Shown here piece after piece: positions 28,175-37,840 of a stretch of DNA of 64,000 nt (position 1 is the stretch's first letter; every line of letters starts with the position of its first letter). This DNA is from an uncultured Candidatus Saccharibacteria bacterium (GTDB lineage: Bacteria; Patescibacteriota; Minisyncoccia; Phycocordibacterales; JACNGX01): contig CAZULS010000002.1 in NCBI GenBank assembly GCA_964621395.1, positions 23,306 through 87,305 on the forward strand, in the 5' to 3' direction. A program made the translations under genes and the position numbers. The notes beneath the pieces were generated by a model, which was not told the origin of the DNA, ran no database searches, and saw nothing but the letters and a program-made list of their open reading frames with translations.

Positions 28175-28918
28175 TCACGCCTCATCTCTCTTTCGTATAA
28201 TCTCAGTGGCCTCAGAAAGCTGCTCCTGCGTGTTTACGCCGAGGATATCGGTGTGATCGGGAGCTGTGTAGGCAGTCACGAGAAGTCCTTTGTCGTGGAA
28301 GATGCCAATGATATCGGTGATGTAGTATTCATTTTGAGCGTTATGACTACTGAGCTCTTCAAGAGCAGGAAGAAGGTATTCTTTACGAAAGAGATACGTG
28401 CCGGAATTGACCTCTCCAACAGCGCGTTCTTCATCGTTTGCGTCTTTTTCCTCCACGATACGTATCACAGCACCGCTACTATCACGAATAATGCGACCAT
28501 ATGCATATGGATTGGGAATATGTGCCGAGAGAATAGTTGCCGCTCCGCCATTGGCACGATGATGTTCAAGCGTGCCGGACAATGTTTCCGGAGTAATGAG
28601 AGGGTTATCTGCGGAGAGAACAAGCACGTCTTCTTCGGGTGCTTTAGAAAGGATTGTTTGCACCGCCCGCACCGCACCGCCCGTACCGTTTAAGCACTCT
28701 TGGACGCCATATAGGGGGCTGTATGTGTCGCATGTGGCGCGAACTTCGTCTGATGAAGGACTCACGACGATAACAAGACGAGTCTTACCGACACCGCGCG
28801 CAGCCTCGATTACATAGTGAATGAGCGGTTTCTTTTCGATCGTATGAAGTGGCTTAGGCAAAGAAGAATGCATCCGCGAACCTTTGCCCGCAGCCATGAT
28901 GACGGTAATGAATGACAT
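28175..28918 (-). CDS. Sugar-phosphate nucleotidyltransferase (GlmU N-terminal-like; no left-handed-beta-helix acetyltransferase domain)
   Basis: N-terminal MAAGKGSRM pyrophosphorylase signature, LNGTGGA, and a 247-aa length corresponding to the uridyltransferase domain only. Confidence 0.75.
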   Translation of the reverse strand: MSFITVIMAAGKGSRMHSSLPKPLHTIEKKPLIHYVIEAARGVGKTRLVIVVSPSSDEVRATCDTYSPLYGVQECLNGTGGAVRAVQTILSKAPEEDVLVLSADNPLITPETLSGTLEHHRANGGAATILSAHIPNPYAYGRIIRDSSGAVIRIVEEKDANDEERAVGEVNSGTYLFRKEYLLPALEELSSHNAQNEYYITDIIGIFHDKGLLVTAYTAPDHTDILGVNTQEQLSEATEIIRKRDEA

Positions 28919-29023
28919 GAAAGAATGTTGGAATTAAAACAGTCGTCATTCCTGGCTTGAACCCCAAGCCAGAGGCGGGGCAAGCAGGAATCCAGGCAGG
29001 AGCAGGTTGGTTGTATGGCTTTG

Positions 29024-29102
29024 TAGATTCCCGCTCGGAGGCGGGAATGACAGCAAACAGACTGAAAAAGTAACCACTGTCATCCCGCACTTGATGCGGG
29101 AT
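29024..29102. repeat. Pair of REP-like hairpins
   Basis: gattcccgctcggaggcgggaatgac at ~29024-29051 and gtcatcccgcacttgatgcgggatct at ~29078-29102, preceded by the hairpin ctggcttgaaccccaagccag. Confidence 0.7.
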
Positions 29103-29112
29103 CTCGCCATAT

Positions 29113-30969
29113 TTACTTCGCTTCTTTAGGTTTCTGTGCGCGGTTTTCAATTTCTTCTTTCAGACGCGCAATGAGATCGCTTTCGGAGAGTTCGCCGATT
29201 TTATCAGCATCACGAGATTCGAGGGTTACGCCACCGCTCGCCACTTCCGCGTCACCGATGACGGCAAAGTACGGCACCTTTTCGGTCTTCACGGCACGAA
29301 TCTTTTTACCAAGCGTTTCATTGCTCTCGTCGAGGATTGCACGAACGCCCGCTTCTTTTAGCACATCGAGGATATGTGCTGCATGTTCTTTGTGTGCATC
29401 GGCAATCGGCAGAATACGAATCTGCTCAGGAGCGAGCCAGAGCGGGAATTTCCCGGCGGTGTGTTCAATGAGAACTCCCATAAAGCGTTCCATAGAGCCA
29501 AACGGCGCACGGTGAATCACGACCGGACGATGCTTTTCACCGTTCTCACCAACATACGTAAGGTCAAAGCGCTCAGGCATCACATAATCTACCTGCACGG
29601 TGCCGAGTTGCCATTCGCGACCAATAGCGTCGCGTACGATGAAGTCGATTTTGGGTCCGTAGAAGCTCGCTTCACCAACGCCAATGAAGTATTTGATGCC
29701 CATTCTGTCTGCCGCTTCTTTCACATCTTTTTCCGCCTGCTTCCACACATCAGCGGTCCCCCCGTATTTATCCTGATTTTCTGGATCGTGGAGCGAGAGG
29801 CGTGTCTGTACATTATCAAAACCGAGTGTCTTGAATACAAAGTGCGTCAAGTCAACGGCATTACAGATCTCATCTACAAGCTGATCAGGGCGACAATAAA
29901 TGTGTGAGTCGTCTTGTGTGAAGCCGCGCGCGCGAGTAAGTCCGTTTAATTCACCCGATTGTTCATGACGATAGACGGTACCAAACTCTGCAAAACGGAT
30001 CGGCAAGTCGCGATAACTCTTGGGTGATGAATTGTACATTACATGATGGTGAGGGCAGTTCATCGGTTTCAAGAGATATTCTTCTTCTTTGCCGGTGTCG
30101 TCCACATAGGTGAGCGGAGGAAATTGTGAATCGCTGTAGTACGGATAGTGGCCAGAACAACGATACAAATCAAGATTACCGATATGTGGTGTATATACAG
30201 GCACATAACCACGTCGCTTTTGCTCCGCGCGGAGGAATTCCTCGAGTTCAGTTCGTATGATGGCTCCATTCGGAAGCCACAGCGGAAGTCCTGAGCCGAC
30301 TTCGGGTGAGAGAAGGAAAAGACGCATCTCTTTACCAATGACACGATGGTCGCGTTTCTTCGCCTCTTCCATGAATACAAGATACTCGTCAAGCACCTCT
30401 TTATTCTCAAATGCCACGCCATAGATGCGGGTGAGCATGTCGTTCTCCTCACTTCCTTTCCAGTATGCTCCGGCAATTGCAGAAAGGGAAAAGCTCTCCG
30501 GATCGATATCGGAGCTTGTCTCCACATGCGGACCGGCACACAAATCAACAAAGTCGCCACTTTCGTAGACAGTTACATCGCGACCCTCTTCTTCATATTC
30601 ATCGATGAGTTCGAGCTTGTAGGGATTGTCAGCAAAAAGCGCGCGGGCTTCTTCAGCGGAAACAGCTCTTTGTGTGAACGGAAGATTTCCTGAAATGAGC
30701 TTTTTCATCTCTTTCTCAAGAGAGGGGAGTGATTCGGGAGTAATGCTCACACCTTCCGGAAAAGCGAAGTCGTAATAAAAGCCATTATCAATCGCCGGAC
30801 CCATGCCGATTTTCGTGCCCGGATACTTTTTCACTACTGCCGCCGCCAAAAGATGGGCGAGTGAATGACGTGATGTTTCAAGGGGTATTGGGGTATTCAT
30901 ATAATAGAAACGATAAACGATAAACGATAAAAAGTAAAGCAGGACAATAATAAAAAAAACCGGCATCAT
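29113..30969 (-). CDS. thrS: Threonine--tRNA ligase (no N-terminal TGS/editing extension)
   Basis: Class II core with MNCPHHHVMY and FGTVYRHEQSGELNGLTRARGFTQDDSHIY, plus an anticodon-binding domain. The true start is probably the internal Met at ~30900 (MNTPIPL). Confidence 0.92.
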   Translation of the reverse strand: MMPVFFIIVLLYFLSFIVYRFYYMNTPIPLETSRHSLAHLLAAAVVKKYPGTKIGMGPAIDNGFYYDFAFPEGVSITPESLPSLEKEMKKLISGNLPFTQRAVSAEEARALFADNPYKLELIDEYEEEGRDVTVYESGDFVDLCAGPHVETSSDIDPESFSLSAIAGAYWKGSEENDMLTRIYGVAFENKEVLDEYLVFMEEAKKRDHRVIGKEMRLFLLSPEVGSGLPLWLPNGAIIRTELEEFLRAEQKRRGYVPVYTPHIGNLDLYRCSGHYPYYSDSQFPPLTYVDDTGKEEEYLLKPMNCPHHHVMYNSSPKSYRDLPIRFAEFGTVYRHEQSGELNGLTRARGFTQDDSHIYCRPDQLVDEICNAVDLTHFVFKTLGFDNVQTRLSLHDPENQDKYGGTADVWKQAEKDVKEAADRMGIKYFIGVGEASFYGPKIDFIVRDAIGREWQLGTVQVDYVMPERFDLTYVGENGEKHRPVVIHRAPFGSMERFMGVLIEHTAGKFPLWLAPEQIRILPIADAHKEHAAHILDVLKEAGVRAILDESNETLGKKIRAVKTEKVPYFAVIGDAEVASGGVTLESRDADKIGELSESDLIARLKEEIENRAQKPKEAK

Positions 30970-31026
30970 GTAATCATGTGCCGGTCGGCAGAGTTTATGT
31001 TTCTCGTTTTAAGTAACACTGCCTTT

Positions 31027-31269
31027 TTATGATTTGTCTTTGAGAAAGCATATTCCGCAACCAGTAAGTGCCTCCACTATAAGTATCACAATACAAGAGG
31101 TAATGTAGGTCCCGATGATAGGGAGTATGCCCTGGGGATTGATAATCAGCACAGGAATTACCCCCGTAAGTGTAACGTGTATAAAAAACACCACTTCTTC
31201 ATCTGTATGAATAGCGAGAATAAGACTTGTCACTGCCAAGGCAATGAAGATAATCAATGTAGTGGTCAT
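31027..31269 (-). CDS. Small membrane protein, hypothetical (80 aa)
   Basis: Two hydrophobic helices. Confidence 0.35.
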   Translation of the reverse strand: MTTTLIIFIALAVTSLILAIHTDEEVVFFIHVTLTGVIPVLIINPQGILPIIGTYITSCIVILIVEALTGCGICFLKDKS

Positions 31270-31404
31270 TTGCGTCTCCCGTATAGAGTTAAATTATTCA
31301 CAGAGCTTACTAAGGCGGATTATATACCACCTCTATGGCCTGTCAATAAGCGGCGCGTGAGCGCCGCTTGTGTGTGTTTGTTCCATATTCCATTTTTTCC
31401 AACT

Positions 31405-31612
31405 TCGAGTTTCTAGAACCGGTCTCACTGAAAACGGCTTGTTCTCGTGCCCAAACAGCGAGCGAACCAACGTCGCGGAGACCACAACGTACCGTTCGTA
31501 CGTTGTGGTTGAGCGACAAGGTGTAGCCGCTGTTTGGGCGCGAGAACTGCCAAGCACAGCTCTTGAATATGTTTCCATTATTTTTTAACGTTTTCAGTGA
31601 GGATGGTTCTCA
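31405..31612. ncRNA. Structured element, E-family copy 2 (inverted relative to copy 1, immediately 3' of dnaE)
   Basis: Inner stem gttctcgtgcccaaacagcg/cgctgtttgggcgcgagaac carries compensatory changes relative to copy 1 (ctcacact/agtgtgag versus cccaaaca/tgtttggg). It has a perfect 11-bp hairpin accacaacgtac-cgttc-gtacgttgtggt and the conserved ttgagcgacaaggtg and cgtcgcggagac segments. Confidence 0.5.
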
Positions 31613-31615
31613 TTT

Positions 31616-34600
31616 CTAACCTTCCTCTTTTTTCAACTCTTTTACCGCATCGGCGATGACGGAGATGTCGCCATTGCGGGTGGAGAATTTCCCTTGCACG
31701 GCGATGCACGTATCCACTTCGAGAAGGTCTTTGAACTCTACAAATACTTTCGGGAAGATGACCACTTCAATGGTGTCGTGGAAATCGGCAATGCGGATAA
31801 ATGCCATGCGCTCACCTTTTTTGGTGAGAAGAGCACGCACATCTTCGATAATGCCGGCGACGATTGCGCGTGAACCGTCGCGAGCGTTTTCTTTCAGTGT
31901 TACCAGATTCATACCGCGTTCTTCAAAACGTGCACGAAATACCTCAAGAGGGTGTCCGGAAATATACAAACCAAGAAGCTCTTTTTCCCACATGAGCATC
32001 TGTTCTTCTGAAATCGCCTCTTTTTCTTTCAGTCGGAATGAGGGAATAGAGGATTCATCCATGAGTCCGAAAATCGTTCCTTGATCTTTGCACGCGCCAT
32101 GGTGCTCATGGTGATAATTGGCAGCCTCTTCAATATTGCCTATGAGTGTACTGCGGTCGCCAAAAGAATCTGTTGAGCCACTTTTCATGAGCGCTTCGAG
32201 AGACTTGCGGTTGAGATTTTTGTGTTCAATGCGCTCGAGGAATTCTCCCAGGGATGAAAATGGACCGTGTTCTTTTCGCTCGGCAATAATGGCATCGGAA
32301 ATATCGGTACCGAGATTTTTTACGGTGTACAGACCGAATCTAATACTATCTCTCTCCTCTTCTTTGCGCACCACGGTAAAGTCACCAAAACTCTCATTCA
32401 CATCCGGCGGGAGAACGGGAATATCCATGCGTTTACACTCGGCAATAATTTCCGCCACTTTCTCGGTGTCGCCGGCTTCCGCGGAAAGCACGGCAGTCAT
32501 GTATTCCACCGGATAGTGTGCCTTCATGTATGCCGTCTTATACGCCAAGTTTCCGTAGCTTGCGGCATGTGCTTTGTTGAAACCGTAGGCGGCGAATGTT
32601 TCAATCTGATTCCAGAGCTCTTGCGCAGCTCTCGGTGTCATCTCGTGCTCGACACATCCTTCGATAAAGCGCTTCTTCTGCTTTGCCATTTCCTCGGGAA
32701 TTTTCTTACCCACCGCCTTGCGGAATTTGTCGGCCTCGCCCCAGGAGTATCCCGCGAGGTGTACGGCAATGAGGAGAATATCGTCTTGATAAATCAAAAT
32801 ACCATATGTGGGTTCAAGGAACTCTTTCAGGCGCGGATCGAGATAGGTTACCTTGGAGGGATCTTTTTTGCGTTCGATATAATCGGGAATAAATGCCATT
32901 GGGCCCGGACGATAGAGTGCAACCATAGCGTTGATGTCGTCGATGTTGGTGGGGCGAAGCTCCATGAGCCACTTGGTCATGCCGGCACTAGCCATTTGAA
33001 AGACGCCCATCGTCCTTCCTTGAGCGAGCATCGTATATGTTTTCACGTCATCAAGCGGCAGGGTATCAAGATTGATTTCTATACCATGAAGCTGCTCTAC
33101 AAGACGAACAGAGTGCTCAAGCATGGCAAGGTTGGTGATGCCGAGGAAGTCAAATTTCAAAAGTCCCGCGTCTTCCACGGCATGCATGTCGTATTGTGTG
33201 ATGATTTTTCCTCCCTTTGGATCGTACTGCACAGGCGTGAACGTGGTCATCTCAGCCGGAGCAATCACCACGCCCGCGGCATGAACGGAAATGTGCCGGG
33301 CACACCCTTCGATTTGTCGGGCGGTGTTGATAATCTCTTGTGCTTCGGCGGATTCGTCATAGAGTTTTTTCAGATCTGGCTCTTCTTCAAGTGCACGCTC
33401 GATGGTCATGGGAAATCCTTGTGAGCCGGGAGGGATGAGCTTCGCAATCATGTCGCCGGTATTATAGGAATGGCCGAGAGCACGGGCGACATCGCGCACT
33501 GAACCGCGCGCAAGCATGGTACCGAATGTACCAATCTGAGCAACGCGATTTTCACCGTATTTTTCCCGAGCATACGCAATGACTTCATCGCGACGATTGT
33601 CGGCAAAGTCCATATCGATATCCGGTGCCGACGGGCGCTCCGGGTTGAGAAAACGCTCGAAGGGGAGACGATAATCCAGCGGGTTGATGCTGGTAATAAA
33701 GGTGAGATATGCCACGAGAGAGCCCGCGGCCGATCCTCGGGTGTTGGTGAGGATGCCGTTATTTTTTGCAAAGGTGAGGAGATCGGAAACCACAAGAAAG
33801 TATGGAGAATAACCCTTGGTCTTGATGATATCGAGCTCGTATTCAATACGCTCCTCAACTTCCGGTGTGCGGGTAAGCCCGCGCTTTTCAATGCCTTCAA
33901 GGGTAATGCGACGCAATTCATCGTCGTAATTGGTGTGTTCCGGAATGACAAAGTCGGGGAAAACCCAATTGCCGAGCTCAAGAGAAAGTGTGCACTTCTC
34001 AGCGATGGCAAGCGTATTTGCGAGTGCCTCGGGTGCATCGGCGAAGAATTCCTGCGCCTGCTCCTGAGATATGAAAGAAAAATCGGGTGTATCCTCCATG
34101 AAACCCACATCCTCGGCAACGGTATTACCCGAACCGATGGCAATCATGATTTCGCGAATGCGGTGGTCTTCCGCTTTGAGATAATACACATCGTGCGCGG
34201 CAACGAGCGGCACATTTTCCGTATGAGCAAAATCGACGATTTTTTTCCGACGCTCCATCTGGCCCTCCATTTCCGGATGGTGTGTGATTTCAAGATAGAA
34301 ATCTTCATACATCGCCTGATATTCCGCAACGCGCGCTTTCGCGCGCTCCGTATCACCCTGAGCAAGCATGTCGGCAATGTCGCCTGAGAATTGCGGATTG
34401 ATACACACGAGCCCTTCGGAGTGCTGCCTCATGAGCTCCATGTCGATACGGGGTTTGTAGTAGAAACCTTCAAGGTACGACTTACTCACCAAACGCATGA
34501 GGTTGTAATATCCTTCAGTGTTTTTTGCAAGAAGGACAATGCGGTGCCGACGATTATCAATACCCGGGCGTTTGTCGTGACGGTTTTCAAGCGCGACATA

Positions 34601-34810
34601 AAAATCCACGCCGATGATTGGCTTCACACCTTCTTTTTCACATCGTGTGTAGAATTCAATTGCGCCGTAAAGGTTTCCCGCATCAGTGAGGGCAAGCGCC
34701 GGCATACCGGCGTCCTTTGCTGCGGCAACCAATTCCGGAATCTTCGGCAATGCCGAAAGGAGAGAATAGTGACTATGGGTGTGAAGATGGACGAAGGAGG
34801 GAGTGCTCAT
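31616..34810 (-). CDS. dnaE: DNA polymerase III alpha subunit
   Basis: N-terminal PHP domain (VHLHTHSHYSLL), polymerase core, and OB fold, over 1064 aa. Confidence 0.95.
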   Translation of the reverse strand: MSTPSFVHLHTHSHYSLLSALPKIPELVAAAKDAGMPALALTDAGNLYGAIEFYTRCEKEGVKPIIGVDFYVALENRHDKRPGIDNRRHRIVLLAKNTEGYYNLMRLVSKSYLEGFYYKPRIDMELMRQHSEGLVCINPQFSGDIADMLAQGDTERAKARVAEYQAMYEDFYLEITHHPEMEGQMERRKKIVDFAHTENVPLVAAHDVYYLKAEDHRIREIMIAIGSGNTVAEDVGFMEDTPDFSFISQEQAQEFFADAPEALANTLAIAEKCTLSLELGNWVFPDFVIPEHTNYDDELRRITLEGIEKRGLTRTPEVEERIEYELDIIKTKGYSPYFLVVSDLLTFAKNNGILTNTRGSAAGSLVAYLTFITSINPLDYRLPFERFLNPERPSAPDIDMDFADNRRDEVIAYAREKYGENRVAQIGTFGTMLARGSVRDVARALGHSYNTGDMIAKLIPPGSQGFPMTIERALEEEPDLKKLYDESAEAQEIINTARQIEGCARHISVHAAGVVIAPAEMTTFTPVQYDPKGGKIITQYDMHAVEDAGLLKFDFLGITNLAMLEHSVRLVEQLHGIEINLDTLPLDDVKTYTMLAQGRTMGVFQMASAGMTKWLMELRPTNIDDINAMVALYRPGPMAFIPDYIERKKDPSKVTYLDPRLKEFLEPTYGILIYQDDILLIAVHLAGYSWGEADKFRKAVGKKIPEEMAKQKKRFIEGCVEHEMTPRAAQELWNQIETFAAYGFNKAHAASYGNLAYKTAYMKAHYPVEYMTAVLSAEAGDTEKVAEIIAECKRMDIPVLPPDVNESFGDFTVVRKEEERDSIRFGLYTVKNLGTDISDAIIAERKEHGPFSSLGEFLERIEHKNLNRKSLEALMKSGSTDSFGDRSTLIGNIEEAANYHHEHHGACKDQGTIFGLMDESSIPSFRLKEKEAISEEQMLMWEKELLGLYISGHPLEVFRARFEERGMNLVTLKENARDGSRAIVAGIIEDVRALLTKKGERMAFIRIADFHDTIEVVIFPKVFVEFKDLLEVDTCIAVQGKFSTRNGDISVIADAVKELKKEEG

Positions 34811-35023
34811 GGTGGGGTAAGTATAGCATATGAGCTTATAGCTTTTAGCTTGTAGCTTAGAGGATGTGGTTGTGTATTTTCTCCACTGTCATCCTACACT
34901 TGATGCGGGAATCTTCGCTAATTTCCGAAAGGACGGACCTGTCTGCAAAGTCTGAAAAAGTGTGGTGTAATATTTCCAAAATCTCGTTTGTCCCTGCTTA
35001 TGTATCCGTAGTACAATACAGAT

Positions 35024-35533
35024 ATGAAAGCCCAGAAAGGAACCACCGCATACGTTGATGGAGCGAATTTGCACAGAGGAATTATGTCCTCGGGGTGGCA
35101 TCTTGATTATGCACGTTTTCGTGTATGGCTGACAGATAAATATGGAGTAGAAAAGGCATATATGTTTATCGGTATGATACCGAAGTATGCCGATATGTAC
35201 GCACGACTACAGAGGGCGGGATTCATTCTCGTATTCAAGGAGGTTGTGTATGACGGAGACGGAAGACCAAAGGGGAATTGTGATGCTGATTTGGTGACGC
35301 AGGCAATGAAAGATGTGTATGAGGAGGACACAAAACAAGCGATTCTCGTCTCAAGTGATGGTGACTATACACCTTTGGTAAAATTTTGGCAGGAAAAAGG
35401 TGTTGCACGCGCAATCCTTTCTCCGGCCCCTGAGGGGAAATGCTCCGTTCTCTTAAGACGAACGGAGGTAGGCATTGTGTATTTAAACGACAAGAAAAAG
35501 ATATTGGAAGTACGGAAGTCTGGTTCTAAATGA
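35024..35533 (+). CDS. NYN/LabA-like (PIN-fold) domain protein
   Basis: AYVDGANL, DADL and SSDGDY acidic-residue motifs with the spacing of NYN/DUF88 ribonuclease-like domains. Confidence 0.65.
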   Translation: MKAQKGTTAYVDGANLHRGIMSSGWHLDYARFRVWLTDKYGVEKAYMFIGMIPKYADMYARLQRAGFILVFKEVVYDGDGRPKGNCDADLVTQAMKDVYEEDTKQAILVSSDGDYTPLVKFWQEKGVARAILSPAPEGKCSVLLRRTEVGIVYLNDKKKILEVRKSGSK

Positions 35534-35684
35534 AAAAGCCCCCGATGAGGACGAGCCTCACCAGGGTCTTTTCCATAGTGATACGTATAGTGTAGCCGCT
35601 CCAACAGAAAAGTCAAGGGGCTTATCTGCGGAAACAAAAAGCAGAGCTCACGCTCTGCTTTTTCTATTTCCGAATTTCTAGTTT

Positions 35685-36269
35685 CTAACTTCTATCTCTA
35701 AAATTCTTCCACATCTGGCTCGGGATCGGTTTTCCTTCGGAGCCGACGTATTTGCTGTTTAAGGAGTCGGCGTGGTCGGCATTGTATGGGCGTTCGGATG
35801 ATGAGGAGACGCGCTCGAAGACCATCTGCGCAATCGGCATTTTGTAGTACAGCAAGATGGGAAGGGAAGCGGTATTGAAAAGATCGAGTGTCATGTTTAC
35901 GGTATTGCCCGGATCAAGGAAGCCGGCGGTTACGTGAATCATGAGTCCGAGACGACCAACGGAACTTTTCCCTTCAAGACGGCCGACCATATTTTCTGAG
36001 ACACCCGTCTTTTCATAAATCATGCCGAGGGCGAATTCGCCTGGATGGAGAATGAATGGCTCATCTTCATCAATCTCCACGTCTATCATGAGGTCTTCCA
36101 CCGGCTTCTTTGCGTCGATCAGTGCGCTTTTATTGCGGTCGTACACGAGAAAATGCTTGCCGAGGCGGAGGTCCACGGAAGCAGGTTGGAGCATGGCATC
36201 ATTATATGGGTCGATGAAGATGTCATCTTTCGCAATAGCATCTTTAATGTCGCGGTCGGAGAGAATCAT
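35685..36269 (-). CDS. dcd: dCTP deaminase
   Basis: MILSDRDI, PASVDLRLG, and a typical dUTPase-fold length. Confidence 0.9.
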   Translation of the reverse strand: MILSDRDIKDAIAKDDIFIDPYNDAMLQPASVDLRLGKHFLVYDRNKSALIDAKKPVEDLMIDVEIDEDEPFILHPGEFALGMIYEKTGVSENMVGRLEGKSSVGRLGLMIHVTAGFLDPGNTVNMTLDLFNTASLPILLYYKMPIAQMVFERVSSSSERPYNADHADSLNSKYVGSEGKPIPSQMWKNFRDRS

Positions 36270-36403
36270 ACTTTAGGAGATTAGGAGAATAAGAATTAGG
36301 AGATTAATACGTCGCTACGCGACTTTCTTAGGTTTATTTTAGCACAGTTTCTCTTTTTTAATACTAACTTCCTAATTTCCTCCCATACTGCTATACTTAT
36401 AGC

Positions 36404-37006
36404 ATGAGAATTACCCATATCGTGGGTATAGATGAAGCGGGGCGTGGCTCTCTTGCCGGCCCTGTGTGCGTCGGCGTCGTTGCCGTGCCGGTGGAAAGGG
36501 AAGAGGATGTTTGCATGATGTTTCGGCGGCTTGAGGGGCGTGATTCAAAGCGTTGGTCGGAAACAAAGCGCGAGAAATGGTTTGAGAAGATTCGAGATAC
36601 TCAGTGCAGAAACATGCTTGTCTATGGTTCGGCGTTGGTTGGTTCGCGCAGTGTGGATGAGAGTGGCATCGTGCCGTCGATTAATACCGCGCTCGGAAGG
36701 GCATTGCGAAAGATGGGACTTGATCCGGCGACGTGTGATGTGCGTTTGGATGGCGGCTTGTTTGCTCCGCGCACATATCTAAACCAAGAGACAATTGTGA
36801 AAGGGGATGAAAGAGATGTTGTGATTTCTATGGCGTCGATTGTGGCAAAGGTGACCCGTGATCGAAAAATGCGCCGCTTGGCACGTGTGTATCCGGCGTA
36901 TGCCTTTGATATTCATAAAGGATACGGTACCGAAAGGCATTATTTGGCGATAGGGAAGAACGGCCTATGCCCGGAGCATCGGCGTACGTTTTTGATAAAA
37001 CACTAA
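36404..37006 (+). CDS. rnhB: Ribonuclease HII
   Basis: GIDEAGRGSLAGPV catalytic motif at the N-terminus. Confidence 0.9.
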   Translation: MRITHIVGIDEAGRGSLAGPVCVGVVAVPVEREEDVCMMFRRLEGRDSKRWSETKREKWFEKIRDTQCRNMLVYGSALVGSRSVDESGIVPSINTALGRALRKMGLDPATCDVRLDGGLFAPRTYLNQETIVKGDERDVVISMASIVAKVTRDRKMRRLARVYPAYAFDIHKGYGTERHYLAIGKNGLCPEHRRTFLIKH

Positions 37007-37097
37007 CGAAAGAATTATCTAAGGAACAGAAAAAGTAGAATAGTGTTTATGGACTTTTGTTCATACTTCGTAATTCTTGATTCTCCATGCTGAAAAA

Positions 37098-37147
37098 AGC
37101 AAGGGCGTGGGTCGGCCTAAAGCCGACCCACGCCCTTGCTTTTTTTC
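37098..37147 (+). terminator. Strong rho-independent terminator (18-bp stem + T7)
   Basis: gcaagggcgtgggtcggc-ctaaa-gccgacccacgcccttgc followed by ttttttt. Confidence 0.75.
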
Positions 37148-37173
37148 GGGTATCTGCTATAGTATCCACCACT

Positions 37174-37440
37174 ATGTCAGTACGCATGCGCCATACGCGC
37201 TCTCATACAAAGAATCGTCGTTCACATCACGCGCTCTCAGCACCGCGTCTTTCGACGTGTGCCAATTGTGGCGCTGAGCATATTCGCCATCGTATGTGTG
37301 GTGAATGTGGTACGTATCGCGGTCGTGAAGTGATTGATATTGTTGCGCAGAAAGAACGCAAGATCGAACGCGCAAAGAACAAAGCAAAATCCATGGGCAA
37401 AGACCCTGCTGAAGTCTCAACGCAAAAAAAGAAGAAATAA
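37174..37440 (+). CDS. rpmF: 50S ribosomal protein L32
   Basis: MSVRMRHTRSHTKNRRSH, the Zn-ribbon CANCG...CGECGTYRG, and a Lys tail. The annotated ORF starts at 37087 and runs through the terminator. Confidence 0.85.
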   Translation: MSVRMRHTRSHTKNRRSHHALSAPRLSTCANCGAEHIRHRMCGECGTYRGREVIDIVAQKERKIERAKNKAKSMGKDPAEVSTQKKKK

Positions 37441-37455
37441 ATGCTTGCCGGCTGA

Positions 37456-37552
37456 CGCACTCATATTCCGGCTGCAAATCGCTCAAAGCACCTCGAAGTA
37501 CGAGAGTACTCCATCGGTGCTTTTCACGATTTTCGCTCGGAATATGAGCGCG
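37456..37552 (+). other. ~95-nt nested stem-loop element 3' of rpmF (structured RNA or terminator complex)
   Basis: A 15-bp outer stem cgcactcatattccg/cggaatatgagcgcg (one G-U) encloses an 8-bp stem aaagcacc/ggtgcttt and an inner agtac/gtact hairpin. Confidence 0.4.
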
Positions 37553-37840
37553 TCACGCTCGACATGAGACTTTGCGCAGGGTCTGGACATAAAAGATGCC
37601 GAAACAAAAGCACGAAAGGAAGAAAAGGTGGAGAAAAAAGAGAAGGTGTCTGCAACGAAAGAAAAGAAGGCAAAAAAGCCTGTAGCAAAGAAATCCACAA
37701 GCACGAAAGCGAAATCCACGAAAAAGTCTGAAAAATAGTGTATAATATAAACGGAACCGAAACGGTGCCGTTTGTTGTTTAGACGACTCTAAACATCCGT
37801 CGCCGTTTCTGTTTCTAGATTTATTCAATAGCTCTTTAGA

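Noticed and set aside
37600-37740. Lys-rich micro-ORF (…KEEKVEKKEKVSATKEKKAKKPVAKKSTSTKAKSTKKSEK)
   Set aside because: No in-frame ATG and no RBS. Composition is driven by the A-rich word spacer. Possibly the remnant of a histone-like tail but not supportable.
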